Shown here: piece by piece, positions 42,301-57,461 of the stretch
Position numbering within the stretch: position 1 is the stretch's first letter
Layout of the letters: the number at the start of each line of letters is the position of its first letter
Source of the DNA: Nageia nagi
Taxonomy: Eukaryota > Plantae > Pinophyta
DNA length: 64,000 bases
Assembly: GCA_050084985.1 (NCBI GenBank)
Contig: JBITNC010000001.1
Span: 97,588,001 to 97,652,000, forward strand
Direction of reading: 5' to 3'
The notes under the pieces: generated by a model
The model's database searches: none
Told to the model about the DNA's origin: nothing
What the model saw: only the letters and a program-made list of their open reading frames with translations
Program-made: the position numbers and the translations under genes

Positions 42301-45300
42301 AGAAGTAATCATTATGCCCTATAGGTATTATTGATTCTAGTGGTGATGTTAAGTGAAGTTATGAATTTTGATTGATCTTGTTACTATGTAGATTGTAATT
42401 CATGGTGATGTTTTTAGGTTTTGATAAAACCCTTGATGTTTGTTTTTATTTCTTTTTGGCTACATCAAAGTGATGGTTTGTTGCCAAAAAGCATTGTAAT
42501 GGGTTTGGTGATATTGTTAAAACCCTAGAGATTCATTTTGTTGCATGGGTAAATTTGAGCTACATATGTACAATGGTTGGGTAAGAAAATAATTGTTGTC
42601 AATATAACAAATTTCGAGAGCCTATATGAAAAATCCATTTTGATAGGATTTGGGATCCTATTAAAACCCACCATAGTTTTTGATAATTTATTCATTATTA
42701 AAACTAAAATTGAAGAGGAGGAGATGCATATGAAGAAAAATTTAAAAATGCTATACCCATTTTGGCTTTTTTTTCACCAAATTACAATTTTAGCATCTAT
42801 TCCAAATAAAATATTTAAAACATTCAACTTTACAAAGAAGTAAACTCCTTCACAAAGTAATATAAAAGAATATAAAAAGGATACTATTAATTACATAACT
42901 AATGAGGATATGCTTGGTAAATTATTTTATACTTTATTATAAAATGTAAAGCATTGAAATAATATTATTCCCTTCATGTAAGAAGTATTTCTACTTATAA
43001 ATATATATTTTTTCTAAATTTATGTCGTATTTCAAGCATAATATCAAAACACAAGTAGCATTTAGATATTTATGCAACCATAATAAAAAAGAGAAATAAA
43101 TTATTAATGATTTTGTGAAAGAATGGAAAAATATAGCAAACAATATTACCATTGTTGAATATGAATTAGAAGGTACTTTTATGAATTCTATGTTACCTCG
43201 ATTCAAAATAGAAGCTACCAAATATAAAGATGAATATTTACACAAAATAATTGAAATTTTTTTACAAAAGACATCATGTATTACCATTTTAGATGGTAAA
43301 TTTTGTAAATAATAAATATAAAAATAAAATAATTCTTCAAAGATGACATTTATTCAGACATAATGATAAATAAATGAAAAGTGTGCAGCTGATTATGATA
43401 AGGTAATCCTCAAGTTATGGTAAGGATATATAGAGGATTGGATCTGATCAAAGGTGAGCATACAAATGATAATGAATTATGTAGGCTAGTATTTATCACC
43501 TCCTTTATCTATAGCTGTGGATCATAAAGAGGCACATTATGGGGATGTATAAACTCTACAACATAGATGTCGTAAAATTTGTAGAACTAAATTACATGCA
43601 AAAGTATAGCATATAATAAAAGCTCATAACATAATAGATCCTTAAATAAGTGGCATATAGAGACACTATAAGTGTAGTATGATTGATCTATGGAAAATAA
43701 CATATTAGAGAGTTCCAATAGAGATGTGAACTTCCAACTCTTGTATTTATAACCTACAAGGAAATAGAATGGAGTGGAAGCCAACTTATAGCAATAATTC
43801 AATCATTTTTATATTCAAGATATGCTAAAATATATGAACCATGGTAAATAATATTACATTTAATATAGCATATGGCATTGCATCGTAATATCAACTTTAT
43901 CTTGACATTTGTAATATTGCTTTTAATACTTTTAGAAAAATCTAAAATATGATTTACTATATAAATAATAAATCATTTTTAGTTGTCTACATTTTGCCCC
44001 TATTTGGATATGAAATGAAAAGCATTGAAATTGCATAATTTAAAGAAGTTTAGAGAAGTGAAAAAAAATTTAGAGTGAAAAATAATAAATCATTTTCAAT
44101 TATCTACTTCGCTCTCATATCATCATCCTCATCATCTAAATCTCCTCTAGTATCAAGCTTGATAAACCCTAGTCCTCCTCATCACTCCATGCTTGAGGTT
44201 ATAGTTAATAATTATTTATTATCTATACTTAATCATTCTAAATCATAAATTTTATATTTTAAGAATAAAATATCATAAATTTTATCTAAAACTTTATGCA
44301 ATGATGATATCATCAAAGAGAAAATTATATGCATCTCATTGAATATCTTGATAAGGATGGGATTTATCATTGTACATAAGTGTTCTTGTACAATGAGATG
44401 TTCATTAGATGAGCTTTATTGAATCAATTATCTCCATTGTGAGCATTGATTAAGCATGATGCTAACAAATAATATTGTATTCAATACAAAATTTAATCTT
44501 GAAGGTCAAGTCAAAACAAGAAAAATGTATCAAAAAAGATGGAGTGAAGCCTTGAGGAGGATAATGCATGTGATATGAACAAGTCAAGAGATTCCCAAGT
44601 GAGGATTGAGGAGAGCGATGGGAAGCTACATGAGCAAAGTGGTAGAAGAGGAAGTGTGAGTCAAGCAACAAAGAGAATCGAGAATGGAGGTTTGAATCCA
44701 AAAATATATTTAAGAAGGAAAATAAATGCAATTTATTCAAGGGAAAGGATGTATTGAATATAAATAAAAATGTAGAAGGCCTCAATTCACTCAAATCATG
44801 GCTATTATTATGCTTAAGGTTAATATTGGAGAAAATGATTTTTATATAGATCTTATTAAACATGGAAAATGAACACTTATATGTAAAATAAGAGGAAGAA
44901 GATCATGCTTGATAAACCTCAAAGCATTTATCCATAAGAAATGGTCTACATATTATTAGGTAACTTTGCTACACAATAAATTTTTCTTTGTTTATTTCTC
45001 AAACTTGGAAAATAGAAATTATGTATGGAAATATTGCTTTGATTGGTTTTTTGTATAGAGGAGGATTTTTATGAGAGAATAGTCTACTTAGTTTGATCCC
45101 TTCTTTGAAAAAATCTATTTACATTTAGTCTGGGTAAATATGTATGCCCTTGTAATTGAATTATGGGGATTGGAATTTTTTATTAAAATTGGTAATACAC
45201 TTGGCTCCTATTGATATATGGATAAACTTACAAAATAAAATTTGATAAGCAAAATCAATATTAGTAAAGCTAGATTAGTCATTTTGATGGACTGAGAAGA

Positions 45301-48300
45301 TCCCTGGTAAAAAAATATTACTCTATCTTTTTTGAAAGGGGAATGGAACCAAAAAATTGAATATGAAAATTTTACATTCTTTTTCTTTAGCTACAATAAG
45401 GTCAAAAAATAAAGAATTATTCTTGTGAAAATACTAGCATGAGCCACCCATCATGGCCTAGCTCAAACTGGAGTAATACCTGATATTGGCATAGGCAATA
45501 TAGACCACTTCTTACAGATATGATAATGAAGTCTACTCTAACTACACCTAACTATCAACTCCTTCGCTACAGTCTACGTGAGGAATTATATTGTTTAGGA
45601 TATAACCTGACCTATTAGGACACCAAGGTCCTAGTCCATTATGACACTAGGCTTGCTTAACCATGCATCATCATAGGATCCCAAAGGATCCCTAGCTCAC
45701 CACCTAACCTTAGAATATCCATTGAGTCATCACTATGGTAATTGCTAAGCACTTTGAGTAATTATCCCATCTAATCCAACCATCAGAATGGTTTCTTGTA
45801 AGCTATGCCAACCATGGTGATGGTATACATGGTCCAAGAGGTTACTCTCTTCCCACTTGCACCACCTCGAGAGGGTACCCTCTCATATTCTACCCCACTT
45901 TAGAAATGGATGATATCTTCACATTAGACAAACCTAGTCATAGATGACACATAGAATTCTTAGAGGAGATAATGAACCTAAAGAAGGATCTTGAATACCC
46001 TCTTGGAGTTTCAACCTTGAAGGTTATATCCATCACTACCTCATAAGTGGATTTTTATGGAACACAATGGTAACGATGAAGTCAATTTTGAATGTTAATA
46101 TTACATAGCTAAAGAGAACTTTGAGAGTAACAATTACATAATCAAAACATGGTTCACATTAGATGCACTAATAATGGCTATTTTGATATGTGATGATAGC
46201 ATTTATATGCCAAACATTAACCATAATATTCATTACTTAAGTGGTACCACCTCATGTGTTAGTCTACATAGCACTACATGTATAGGCACAATCCAACTTC
46301 TCGTAATTCAACTCAAGTAACTCAAAAACCTTATCAAGCATGGATCTTAACTGAATTGAGATAGGATCTTGAACCACTTATGAGAATAATAACCATGAGG
46401 TCCCAAAGTATTTGGTCTCATATTCTAAATACTAAACATCTAACATTATCCTCTTATAGACTCAATTAGCAACACTAAAGAGGAACACTTAACTACCCTT
46501 TTGAAGTACACTCTAGATTGCCCTAGTTTTATCCACCACAACACTAAGTCATTTTTATCCATCTGATAAATTTTGATCCTACAAACTTAAACATAACCCT
46601 AAACATCCATTATCTCAAAGGTTTGGATCAAAGTAGTACACACTACAACCAACACTCTTCTCGTCATCCCCAAAATCCCACTAGTGAACTCACACAATAA
46701 GTAAATTCATTATAATTAGCTAGTTTTATTATGCTTTAGTGGGTTGGTTTATATTTTTAGTATAAGGTCCATTTTATCTTAATTAATCCACATGCACATT
46801 CCCATGTGGTCATGAGGGTGCATTAAAAGTAATAAGGCATTTATGTCCCATACCATGTAGCCTTTGGTTAGTTTTGAGTAGTAAGTTAGATAGACATAAA
46901 AGTTTAGTAAAAGGAAAGATACCATCAAACATTCAACATATGAAAGGGTGTGGGAATGTAACTTGACACTTTCCATGTATGTGTATTCACACCTCACTTA
47001 TCCTAACTCCCCTATCCATAACCTAGACATACAAAGCTAGAGCAAATTCCCTCAATTTCCATCATCTAGCACCAAGAAGGAATTTAGGAATAGAAGCATA
47101 CCAAAATACTTGGGAGTTCTATGAAAAATAGTTTAACTATTTCCACTTCCTAAATAATTCATTTACAAGAGCCCCTACCAACACAGAAAGGTCACCAAAT
47201 CATTTAATACAGGTGATTACAATATACCTTATCAAGGTTGTTCCATAAAATATAGATAGGTCCTACAGATTGAAACTGATGCATACACATAATAAATGCC
47301 TACTACATAAACCACTATACCAGGAAGCTACTCTACCACTAAAATTTCTGATAAGGGGAATGTATCTTACATGACTACACTCTTGAGTTGAGATAACTAC
47401 TATCATCAAAGGTCCTAAGGTATAACACTACCTCAAGCCAAATTACATAACTCATCAATAAAAATCTTTTTAGAACCATTATTTTATCAATTTATATATT
47501 TCATTTATAACATAAGTATCACTTATCTTTTACTCATTATCACTTAGTCTAATCATTCCTCAAGGTATCCCTCAGAAAATGTGTAGAAAATATGCTCAAA
47601 CTTTGGTGTACCATTGGGCTCTTGCCAACCTATTTTACTGCTTAATCAAAAGTCATTTGCTTATTTTTCCATCCTTTTGATATAACTTATTGCATAGGTA
47701 TAATACATTCATATCCACTTATGAAAAGATATATTTATTTAAAAAATTTAGGAAGATTCAACTGTGACTAGTACATAGGAATGATTTAAACTTAATAGAT
47801 TTTATCTTACTATGAGCATACTTCAACTCATTCGGCCCTCTACATAGTTATCATCACCAATCCCAAATAACATGGGCACATACCAAGTCAATAATACCTT
47901 TGAAGGCCTCTTCAAGGTAATCATAAATCTAAAACATCATAAACACCTACTAATTATATAAAATTTAATGCATATTATCCATAAGAAAATAAAATTTTAG
48001 ATCAAGCTTATGGATCAAGGTTTCCTAGGTCTCCATGATTCATACTTTTATGGTGGGGTGACTTAAATGATAACCATAACTAAGGGTGTATTTTAGCCCC
48101 TAATAATCTATTTTCTATGTTAGGCATCTGAATGATAACCATGTCCAAGTGCTCACGCTTGCATCGACATCATCCATAATTTTTTGGTAGGTGCCTTAAA
48201 TGATAAAATAAACTAAGAGAACATGTTGACCATGAACATACGAAACATTTATGGTAGGATATAAGAATGAAAATCAAAACCAAAGGGCTAATGTTTTCCA

Positions 48301-50605
48301 CTCAAACCACCCCACCATACCATCAACTACTCATTTGCTTATACGAACCCAAGATTTTATGATAAGATGCCTACTTCTATTTCACATTGATAATCGTATC
48401 ATCAAGGGATAGCATTAGCTTTTGTGTAACCCAACTATACTAATTTGTGAGCTCATGGTATTCAAATATGTTATACTTCAAAGATGGCATACATCTTGGT
48501 AGGTCCCCCATGCCTAACTACCCTAAGCAAAACCTACTTAACCAAGCATGAATATCATGGCTTGTTAGACCACAACCTTGAGATGTGGTTTTACTTCGTA
48601 AATTGATGATTGATATGTTAATGAGTTGTAATTTGTTTTGTAGTTAGCTTATGATGAAATGATATTTTAGTTTTACTGAATACTATATTGCACAATATTA
48701 GTATTATTTATATTTATTTTATGTTTTATGATGTATTGATGGACCATTGATACCCTTGTATGATGAGGACTATCGCATCTCTTGACTACGTAAGGTTTTC
48801 ATGCCAATGGATGGTATAACATATCTAACATATCTTGCACATTGTCTACTATAAAACTTTGCATAAGTTAACTTGTATTTGGGCCAAAATTGACTAGCAT
48901 ATCTTGGTTTGATATGATCATTGAATTTTTAAGAATACACCATCATTGCATCGAAATCATATCACTCATCCTCAAAGAATCAAATCTACAAATATCCTAG
49001 GCATAATTCTGCAAGTATTACATGATATTATGGGGCATTTATAATATCATTTAAATATTAAAACTATAACAACCTATGTACATTTGTATATGATATGATA
49101 AATACTCTTCATTGCATTTACATATATTAATAAGGAAGTTAAAAAAATAATGAAAGTCATAATGACTATACTAGGCACTTACATATATATTAAGATAAAA
49201 ATAAAAATAAGAAAGAAAATGTATGGAAATTAAGGGGAGAATATCATATTATTGAATAAATAAAAGGAGCATGATTAAAATTACAAGTCTCATATAGTGT
49301 TTATAATCATGTGATTAATATGCATCAAATCTTATTCACCACGAAACCACCTATGCATGAGAATGTCATGAATGTTCTAGAGAAAATATTAAGGCAAGTA
49401 TGTTTGAAATCCAACCTAGAAAGTATCAAGGGTCACATCTTATTTTTTATTCATTAAACATAAAATATAATCTACATTTGATTGGAGATATGGGATAAGC
49501 ATGCATTAATATCTACATACCCTTATCTAGTTTTTGTAAGAATAAATAGTAAAAGAATTATATTGCAAGGGTACAATAGGGTCAAGAAAATCATTCTATT
49601 GACTAAAATTGTTCAATATGGATCAATTAAGCCCTTTTCTAATTCTCTTGTCCAATTTTTGAATCCCTATTATCTATGTGGAATTTGTTTTGTGGTAATT
49701 TATTTAATCTATCTAAATTTTATTTCCAAATCTTGTTGTCTAGATTTTGATATTTGGTTTGTTACTTAAAATATTTGATGGTATATTTATGGAATAGAAT
49801 CAATATTATGGTATCTTAAATCCTTATAGAAGCCTCTTTGTGATGCATTCATCCTCTACAGTTGAAATTATATTAATAAGTAGAAATAAATGGTTGTAAG
49901 GTCATGAGTTGTGCATATAGCGATGGTATTTTATTCCTGCATTTTTATTTAATAAATATTAGGATATTAAGGCCATAGGGTTGCACCTTTATCTTTATTG
50001 GCAAAGGCCCTTTGTTGTTTACATTTGCACAGTCATTCAATCACATCACTTCTCACCCAAATAGAAATCCCTACATCAATGTGAATAATACTTCCATACA
50101 ATGCTATCAAGATTGAAAGTTGAAGTAGGCATTTCACATGTTTACTGTAAAACAAGAAACACACTACACTCTACACCTTACAACATGTCTTCAACTCCTA
50201 GAAACCTTCATTATCTATAATACCCTTCAAAAGGGAAGTTCATTCATTCAATCACCCATTGCATCAGATTTAATTTTGACCTATCCATATATAGTATCTC
50301 CAAGATAGACTTATAGGTTACTATTGTAAAAGTAATTATTGCATTTCCTTTGGTGTTCCATTACATAGTTTATAATTGTTTTTCAATATATTTGTTTTAT
50401 ACATTTCTTGGTAACCTTGTATCCCATGAGATTTCATTATGATGTGGTATTTTGTCAAACAATTCCATCCCTCTATAAATAGACACTAGACTAAAAAGGG
50501 TGTTTTGCAATATTTTAAACCCCCCCAAAGCACTTTAATAATGGTTATCCCATTACTATCTATACATATGCCACCAAAAGTGGATTCTCTATAGCAACAA
50601 CTAAT
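39390..50605 (+). repeat. Segmental duplication copy B
   Basis: Colinear with copy A at an offset of ~13.8 kb. It has ~1.04 kb extra (42643-43680) and lacks ~1.2 kb (A 29210-30400). Confidence 0.95.
42700..43312 (+). pseudogene. Decayed Ty3/gypsy Gag (Retrotrans_gag-like)
   Basis: Across frameshifts: ..IKEYKKDTINYITNEDMLGKLFYTLL..KALK*YYSL..DLCNHNKKEK*IINDFVKEWKNIANNITIVEYELEGTFMNSMLPRFK. This matches the gag pattern 'KLF..SL.G.AL.WY..L...Q...ES..DF...W..IA'. Confidence 0.7.
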
Positions 50606-53600
50606 AATTAGGCATTGAAATTTGTAGGAAATGGTTAGGGTCCTATATTTTCCAAGTGAAATGATAAATGACATGAAACAAGGTTGATTCAACCATATCA
50701 TAGGGCTCCCCTAACCCTCATATAGTTGTGTGTATGTAATTAGATGATTCAATAGTTCAAATATTATTAGAGATGGTTGGATGCTTATGCTAGCCATAAA
50801 CAAATGATAAATGGGAAGTAGGAGAAGTAAGCATTATTCCCTATAGGTATTATTGATTCTAGTGGTGATGTTAAGTGAAGTTATGAATTTTGGTTAATCT
50901 TGTTACTATGTAGATTGTAATTCATGGTGATGTTTTTAGGTTTTGATAAAACCCTTGATGTTTATTTTTATTTCTTTTTGGCTACTTCAAAGTGATAGTT
51001 TGTTGCCAAAAAGCATTGTAATGGGTTTGGTGATATTGTTAAAACCCTAGAGATTCATTTTGTTGCATGGGTAAATTTGAGCTACATATGTACAATGGTT
51101 GGGTAAGAAAATAATTGTTATCAATATAACAAAATTTGAGAGCCTATATGAAAAATCCATTTTGATAGGATTTGGGATCTTGTTAAAACCCACCATAGTT
51201 TTTGATAATTTATCCATTATTAAAACTAAAATTGAAGAGGAGGAGATGCATATGAAGATAAATTTAAAAATGTTGTACCCATTTTGGGTTTTTTTCACCA
51301 AATTACAATTTCAACTTTTATTCCAAATAAAATATTTAAAACATTCAACTTTACAAAGAAGTAAACTCCTTCATAAAGTATATATAAAAGAAAATAAAGA
51401 GCGTACTATTAAATACATAACTAATGAGGATATGCTTGGTAAATTATTTTATAATTTAGTATAAAAAGTAAAGCATTGAAATAATATTATTCCCTTCATG
51501 TAAGAAGTATTTATACTTATAAATATATATTTTTTCTAAATTTATGTTGTATTTCAAGCATAATATCAAAACACAAGTAGCATTTAGAGATTTATGCAAC
51601 CATAATAACAAAGAGAAATAAATTATTAATGATTTTGTGAAAGAATGGAAAAATATAGCAAACAATATTACCATTGTTGAATATGAATTAGAAGGTACTT
51701 TTATGAATTCTATGTTACCTCAATTCAAAATAGAAGCTACAGAATATAAAGATGAATATTTATACAAAGTAATTGAAAAGTTTTTACAAAATACATCATG
51801 TATTAATCTTGTAGATGGTAAATTTTGTAAATAATAAATATAAGCACAAAATAATCTACAAAGATGACATTTATTCAGATATAATGATAAATAAATGAAA
51901 AGTGTGCACTTGATTATGATAAGGTAATCCTCAAGTTATGGTAATGATATATAGAGGACTAGCTCTGATCAACGATGAGCATATAGATGATAATGAATCA
52001 TGTAGGTTAGTATTTATCCCCTCATTTATTTGTAGCTTTGGATCATAAAGGGGCACATTATGGGTGACGTACAAACTCTACAACATATATATCGTAAAAT
52101 TTGTAGAACTAAATTACATGCAAAAGTATAACATATAATAAAAGCTCATAAAATAATAGATCCTTAAATAAGTGGCATCTAGAGACATTGTAAGTGTAGT
52201 ATGATTGATATATGAAAAATAACATATTAGAGAGTTCCAATTGGGATGTAAACTTCCAACTCTTGTATTCATAACCTGCAAGGAAATAGAAAGGAGTGAA
52301 AGGCAACTTATAACAATAATATAATCATTTTTATATTCAAGATATGTTAAAATATATGAACCATGGTAAATAATATTGCATTTAATATAGCATATGGTAT
52401 TGCATCGTAATATCATCTTTATCTTGATATTTGTAATTTTGCTTTTAACACTTTTAGAAAAATCTAAAATATGATTTACTAAATAAATAATAAATCATTT
52501 TTAGTTGTTTACATTTTGCCCCTGTTTGGATATGAAATGAAAAGCATTGAAATTGCATAATTTAAAGAAGTTTAGAGAAGTGAAAAAATTTTAGAGTCAA
52601 AACAAGCTTCTCTTTCACAATTCATATGCTGAGTATGATATTTCATTTGCCCCTTTCAGTTTAGAATTGCCCCTTGCTTTTCTCTTCTATGGGATAATCA
52701 AGTGAAAATGATATCATGTGTTCAAAGTGGATTTTTAGGTACCATACAGGTCCTAATCTTTGTGATAACATATGGAAAGAAAACAAATAATACCCATATA
52801 GATCATATCCATGATAATGGCATTCAAGTTAAAAAGAGCAAGGATGAAATTAATATAATATTACCTTGTAAACTACTATTGTTGCAACTCATAGTCTACA
52901 ACTATTTAATTGATGAAGTACTTGATATGCCCCAAGATGTTTTATTTTTTATCACATTGACCTACAATTTTGTAGAAATTACCTCATGGGGTGACCATGG
53001 CTTAGAGCTTTTGAAACATTATTTGTACGATATGCATTCTTAAAGGAAAATAGTAAGTAGGATAAACATATGCATTATTATTTTTATGTGCTTAAAATTT
53101 AGAGATGTAGTACCTTTATTTAGAAGAGAATACTATTTTCATGATGCTAACTTCCTAAATTCAATTTATAGCACATCATAAGCACATTGATTATCATGGA
53201 ATTAGTAAAACTTTCCTTTGATAAATTCTATCATTATTATCATTACAGGGCATTATTGTGAAAAATGGTATTTTCATATCGAGTTCACCAAAAATGTAAA
53301 CCATAAATAATGAATTAAATAAATAATTTATTAAATTGTTTACAATATATATGAAGCAATACAAATTAGATATGATTTCTAACTAATGTACAAACCTCAT
53401 AAATGAATATATATTTTTGAGTAAATGTAAAATAAGTTATCACATGCTTACCTTCTGATCATCGATGAGCTCTAGAAAATCAAATTACTACTCAATCATA
53501 TATAGCAACAAGTGCATTGATGCCATGAAAATAATCAAATTTAGGGTGTGCACGCTCTAAAATCTAGAGAATCTGATCTCACATAAATAATATAATATGA

Positions 53601-53765
53601 TCATCACAACTAGGGCATAACAAATCCAAGGTTAACTGCTGATGTCTAAAGACATCATTTTAGTTGTGGTGAATTCCTTGGACTTACTTTCATGTAAAAT
53701 ATTTTGCTTTGATCTTCATTTATAGATGCATTTATTCTTGATATCTACATTGTTTACATTGATAT
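50605..53765 (+). repeat. Partial duplication copy B' (includes a second Gag relic at ~51220-51834)
   Basis: Restarts at TAATTAGGCATTGAAATTTGTAGG (also at 42083, 28265 and 59246). Matches B to ~52590, then A 29210-30310. Confidence 0.93.
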
Positions 53766-56700
53766 TTTCTCATTACATTACTTGTATTACATTTACATCC
53801 TTTTTATAATAGTATAATTTAATGTAATAAATATTATTTATTAATTAATAATAAATCATGTTTAGGTGCCTAAAAATCCTCCAACTACTTAAAAGATTTT
53901 AAGTGAAAACAAAAGCAAGTTATACTTAAAAATATGTTAGAAAGGATTATAAAGAAAAACCAATGGTAGAAAAAGTTAAGAAAAGTAGTAGTAATGAGAT
54001 AAAAAAGGAACCTACAAGAAAATACATAAAAGTTTACTAATTATTGATATGTTGGTTAAACAATATCCTATAGAAATTCCACTAATAAAGAAATATTATT
54101 TGCCAATAAGAGATCTAGAAGGGTATAGATTTAAATAATTTTTCAATTATCATGGAAATACTTGACATTTAACTAAGAATTAAAACCTTTTAAGGGACGT
54201 TATTCAAGATTTAGTGGATCAAAAAGCTATAGTATTTTATGATGAAAAGAAAAGTGAAAACCAAACTCAAAAAATATATCTACTATATCATTTTAATAAT
54301 TTTTTTTTTTTAAATTACTAGTCTATATCAAAAAAGAGATAATGAAAATAATCAAGTAAAATGATTAATTTGAATGATAAAAACTTATAATATTTTAGAT
54401 CACATTTCAAGAAAAACTTTACATCTGCAAGACATTGATGATTGTTTAATGATTTAAAATGAAAATTAATTCAAAATATTTCTTAAAATTATGTTGAAGT
54501 TTACAATATTGTTGGTGTAAAAACCTTCAGACATAATATCAACAATGTTAAATTCTTAAGATGGCATACAAAGACTCCTTAAAGGTTTCCCAAACCTTAG
54601 GGTATACTTAGTTAAAGAAATTTTATTTTTATAATTTACATGTAGGTGTGCATTCTTATTTTTTATTCGTATGCATTTGATAAATGGAAGGTATGAAACT
54701 AATAGACAATGCCATACTATAGATATTGTATTAGTAGTAAAAATAAAAATATAGATAATTAAATTTGTGTATATAAATGTTAACATATAAAATTATATTT
54801 TTATAAAAATTTCAAGAGAAATTACATCAGAATGAATTTTAAATTCATCTATTACATTAATTTAGAAATCAAAACTTATATTCATAAATCTACCCTCCAT
54901 ATTCTCCATATTCCTACACATGATAAACACTTCTTGATTTCTCCTAATCATCTTTTAAATGACCACCCAATACTAATAAGGGGACATAACCATTATAATC
55001 TTAAAGGATTTCTTTCCCTTCATGAGTGTAGCAACCTGGACCTCAAAATTTATGACTTAAGATCAATGTTTAGATATCTCATTCTCAAACGGTCTTAATC
55101 TTTCCAAGGCTATCTCTAGCTTAGTTAGCTAATATGTCAAATACTCAAGGATTAGAGACAAAAAGTATATGTATTTTACTAAAATTTATAATCAAATATA
55201 AGAAAAAAAAAGATACTAACAAAATTGTAAATTAAATAAAGTGTGTAATGTGTGTAAACCTAGTGCAAGAGCTAAAGGAATGGTAAATTTGATTAGTAAT
55301 TCCAAACTAAAAGTTAAAGTATACCTAGATGGCCTGAAGGTACTTCCAAATGAGTTAGGAATATATTGGGTCTAACCAACTATAGGTAAAGTGTGACATC
55401 TCTAACTAGATTGAGGGAGCTTATATGCAAAGGAGCGACACCATGTGTAGTACATTTAGTATCCGTGTAATTTTCATATAAGGTCTCTCCAAAAGAAACA
55501 TACTTAAGCTCTTCATTTAAAGGATTTGGTAGCCTATAACAAACCAAAGTAAGAAGCTAGGAAAACCCCCTACCTTTAACAAACTAACCCTCATAAACCC
55601 CATCGGCCTTCCTATCTAGAAAAAATAATCCTTCCAATGGCCCTCGTATCATCATCCTCATCATCTAAATCTCCTCCAGTATCGAGCTTCTCAAACCCTA
55701 GTCCTCGTCACTGCTCCATGCTTGAGGTTATACTTAATCATTATTTATTATCTATACTTAATCATTCTAAATCATTATTTATTATCTATACTTATTTATT
55801 TCTTAATTGTAAATCATTATTTATTATCACACTTAATCATTCTAATATAATGATACGGTCTACTAATCAGAAGCCCACAATAGTCGATGTTGACTATGTT
55901 GTGCAATTAGTTGTATTCGTAAATTAAACATCAAACATAAATATCACATAGAATACATGCATTATCTATATATGGGTTTCTACTTTTCCAAACTTTCAAC
56001 CAAATGATTATAGATAAGGATGAAGTTATACATAATATACTTGAATCCTATAAATATATAAGTAATAGGATTATATTTTTATGCAAGTCATGATTAACGT
56101 TACAATCAATAGAAAAATCATGACTCCTATGGAAAGTCTATGAATAAGCTAAGTAATAGAATAAATATATAAATATTTTATTGTGCTAAAATTATAAATG
56201 GGAGAATTCATTTTTAAAAAATATTTTATGAACTTGGTTTAAAACGATAAAGAGATAAATTTCTTGAATTGTTTATTTATGTTCATCTAGCTAAGGGAGG
56301 CAAAATGACCTAGACTAAAGTGTATTTGATTGAGTAAAAGTATATTGAAACTCAACCTCTAAGGAAAGATAACTCGTGAGAATATTTAGGAGAAAAAACA
56401 AAAGTGACATAAAGGGAATTAAAAGAGGTTCAAAGAGGAAAATGTTAGAAATAAAGAATTCAATATTAAAAACATAAAATTTTGTATCTTATATAATAAT
56501 ATTCAATGTAAATATTAATAACACTAGTAGAGATTCAACCACCTTTAGATTAATTATGAAGAATGATGACCTAATAGGTGATATCCATGATTAAAATTTA
56601 GGGATATCATTCTAATGGTGAACTTTTCAAAATTTGATTCTTTGAGTGGCATAACTTCCTTTTTGAAACTCTAACTTTGAATTCCTAACATGGAAAAGAT

Positions 56701-57461
56701 GAAAATTTTGATAACTAAAAATTTTGAACATATTAGAATTTCGAGAATCAGATTTAAGACCTTTTGAAATCTAGCAACATCAGTAGATCTTATTAACTAC
56801 TTTGACTATTTACATATTCATTTATAAATACGAATTTTGTATGAAAACTAAATATAAATTTTGTGAAAATTAAGGTTTAAATCTCCAAAATTTGAGGTGA
56901 AAACCAGATATCACCTAGGAAGCCACTCAGATGGAGTCTCTTCTAGGAAAATTCAAATTCAAAAATGACAAAATATTTGATGAGATAATCTGGTGGCTCA
57001 CTCCTTCCAGCAAATTTTCTATCAATTCGACTTACCAGGCTATATCCCACCATCCTCCTGATGCTCTGCCCACCAGAATATGGCGGATTATTGCAAACGA
57101 GGCATCATCCACTGTAACAGAGAGTTTTCAGAAGGATTTCAAATACAGCGGGTGCCAGCTTTTCGAAATCCAGATCATTCATCTGTGGGATTAGTATTTT
57201 TAAAATGTAATCGTTCAGTTCTCCCTTTGATTTAATTTTATTTTTCCAACAATGTCATGCACTTCCTTCTCTTATCAACCAGTTCTACAAAGTATCTTTA
57301 TTTCTATTTTTACTGTTTATCTAATTCTATTTTGGTCCAATTTGAAATGTATTTGTAATGGTTGCAAAGATACGTGAACATTACATTTGTTCATTGGGTG
57401 TATGTTGTTGTGTATTTCCATCCATTCTGATTTGGGTCTGTTGTTTTCCTCCTTTCTGTCA

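Noticed and set aside
30388-52416. Multiple recurring short ORFs (e.g. 30666/44575, 32996/46779, 42577/51099) as a gene family
   Set aside because: They recur only because of the segmental duplication, and stops and frames are not conserved between copies. Only the 43115/51637 region matches a real protein (decayed Gag).
57387-57461. 25-aa N-terminal extension of the MADS ORF in the ORF track
   Set aside because: It starts at TTG, whereas MADS proteins characteristically begin at MGR (57462).
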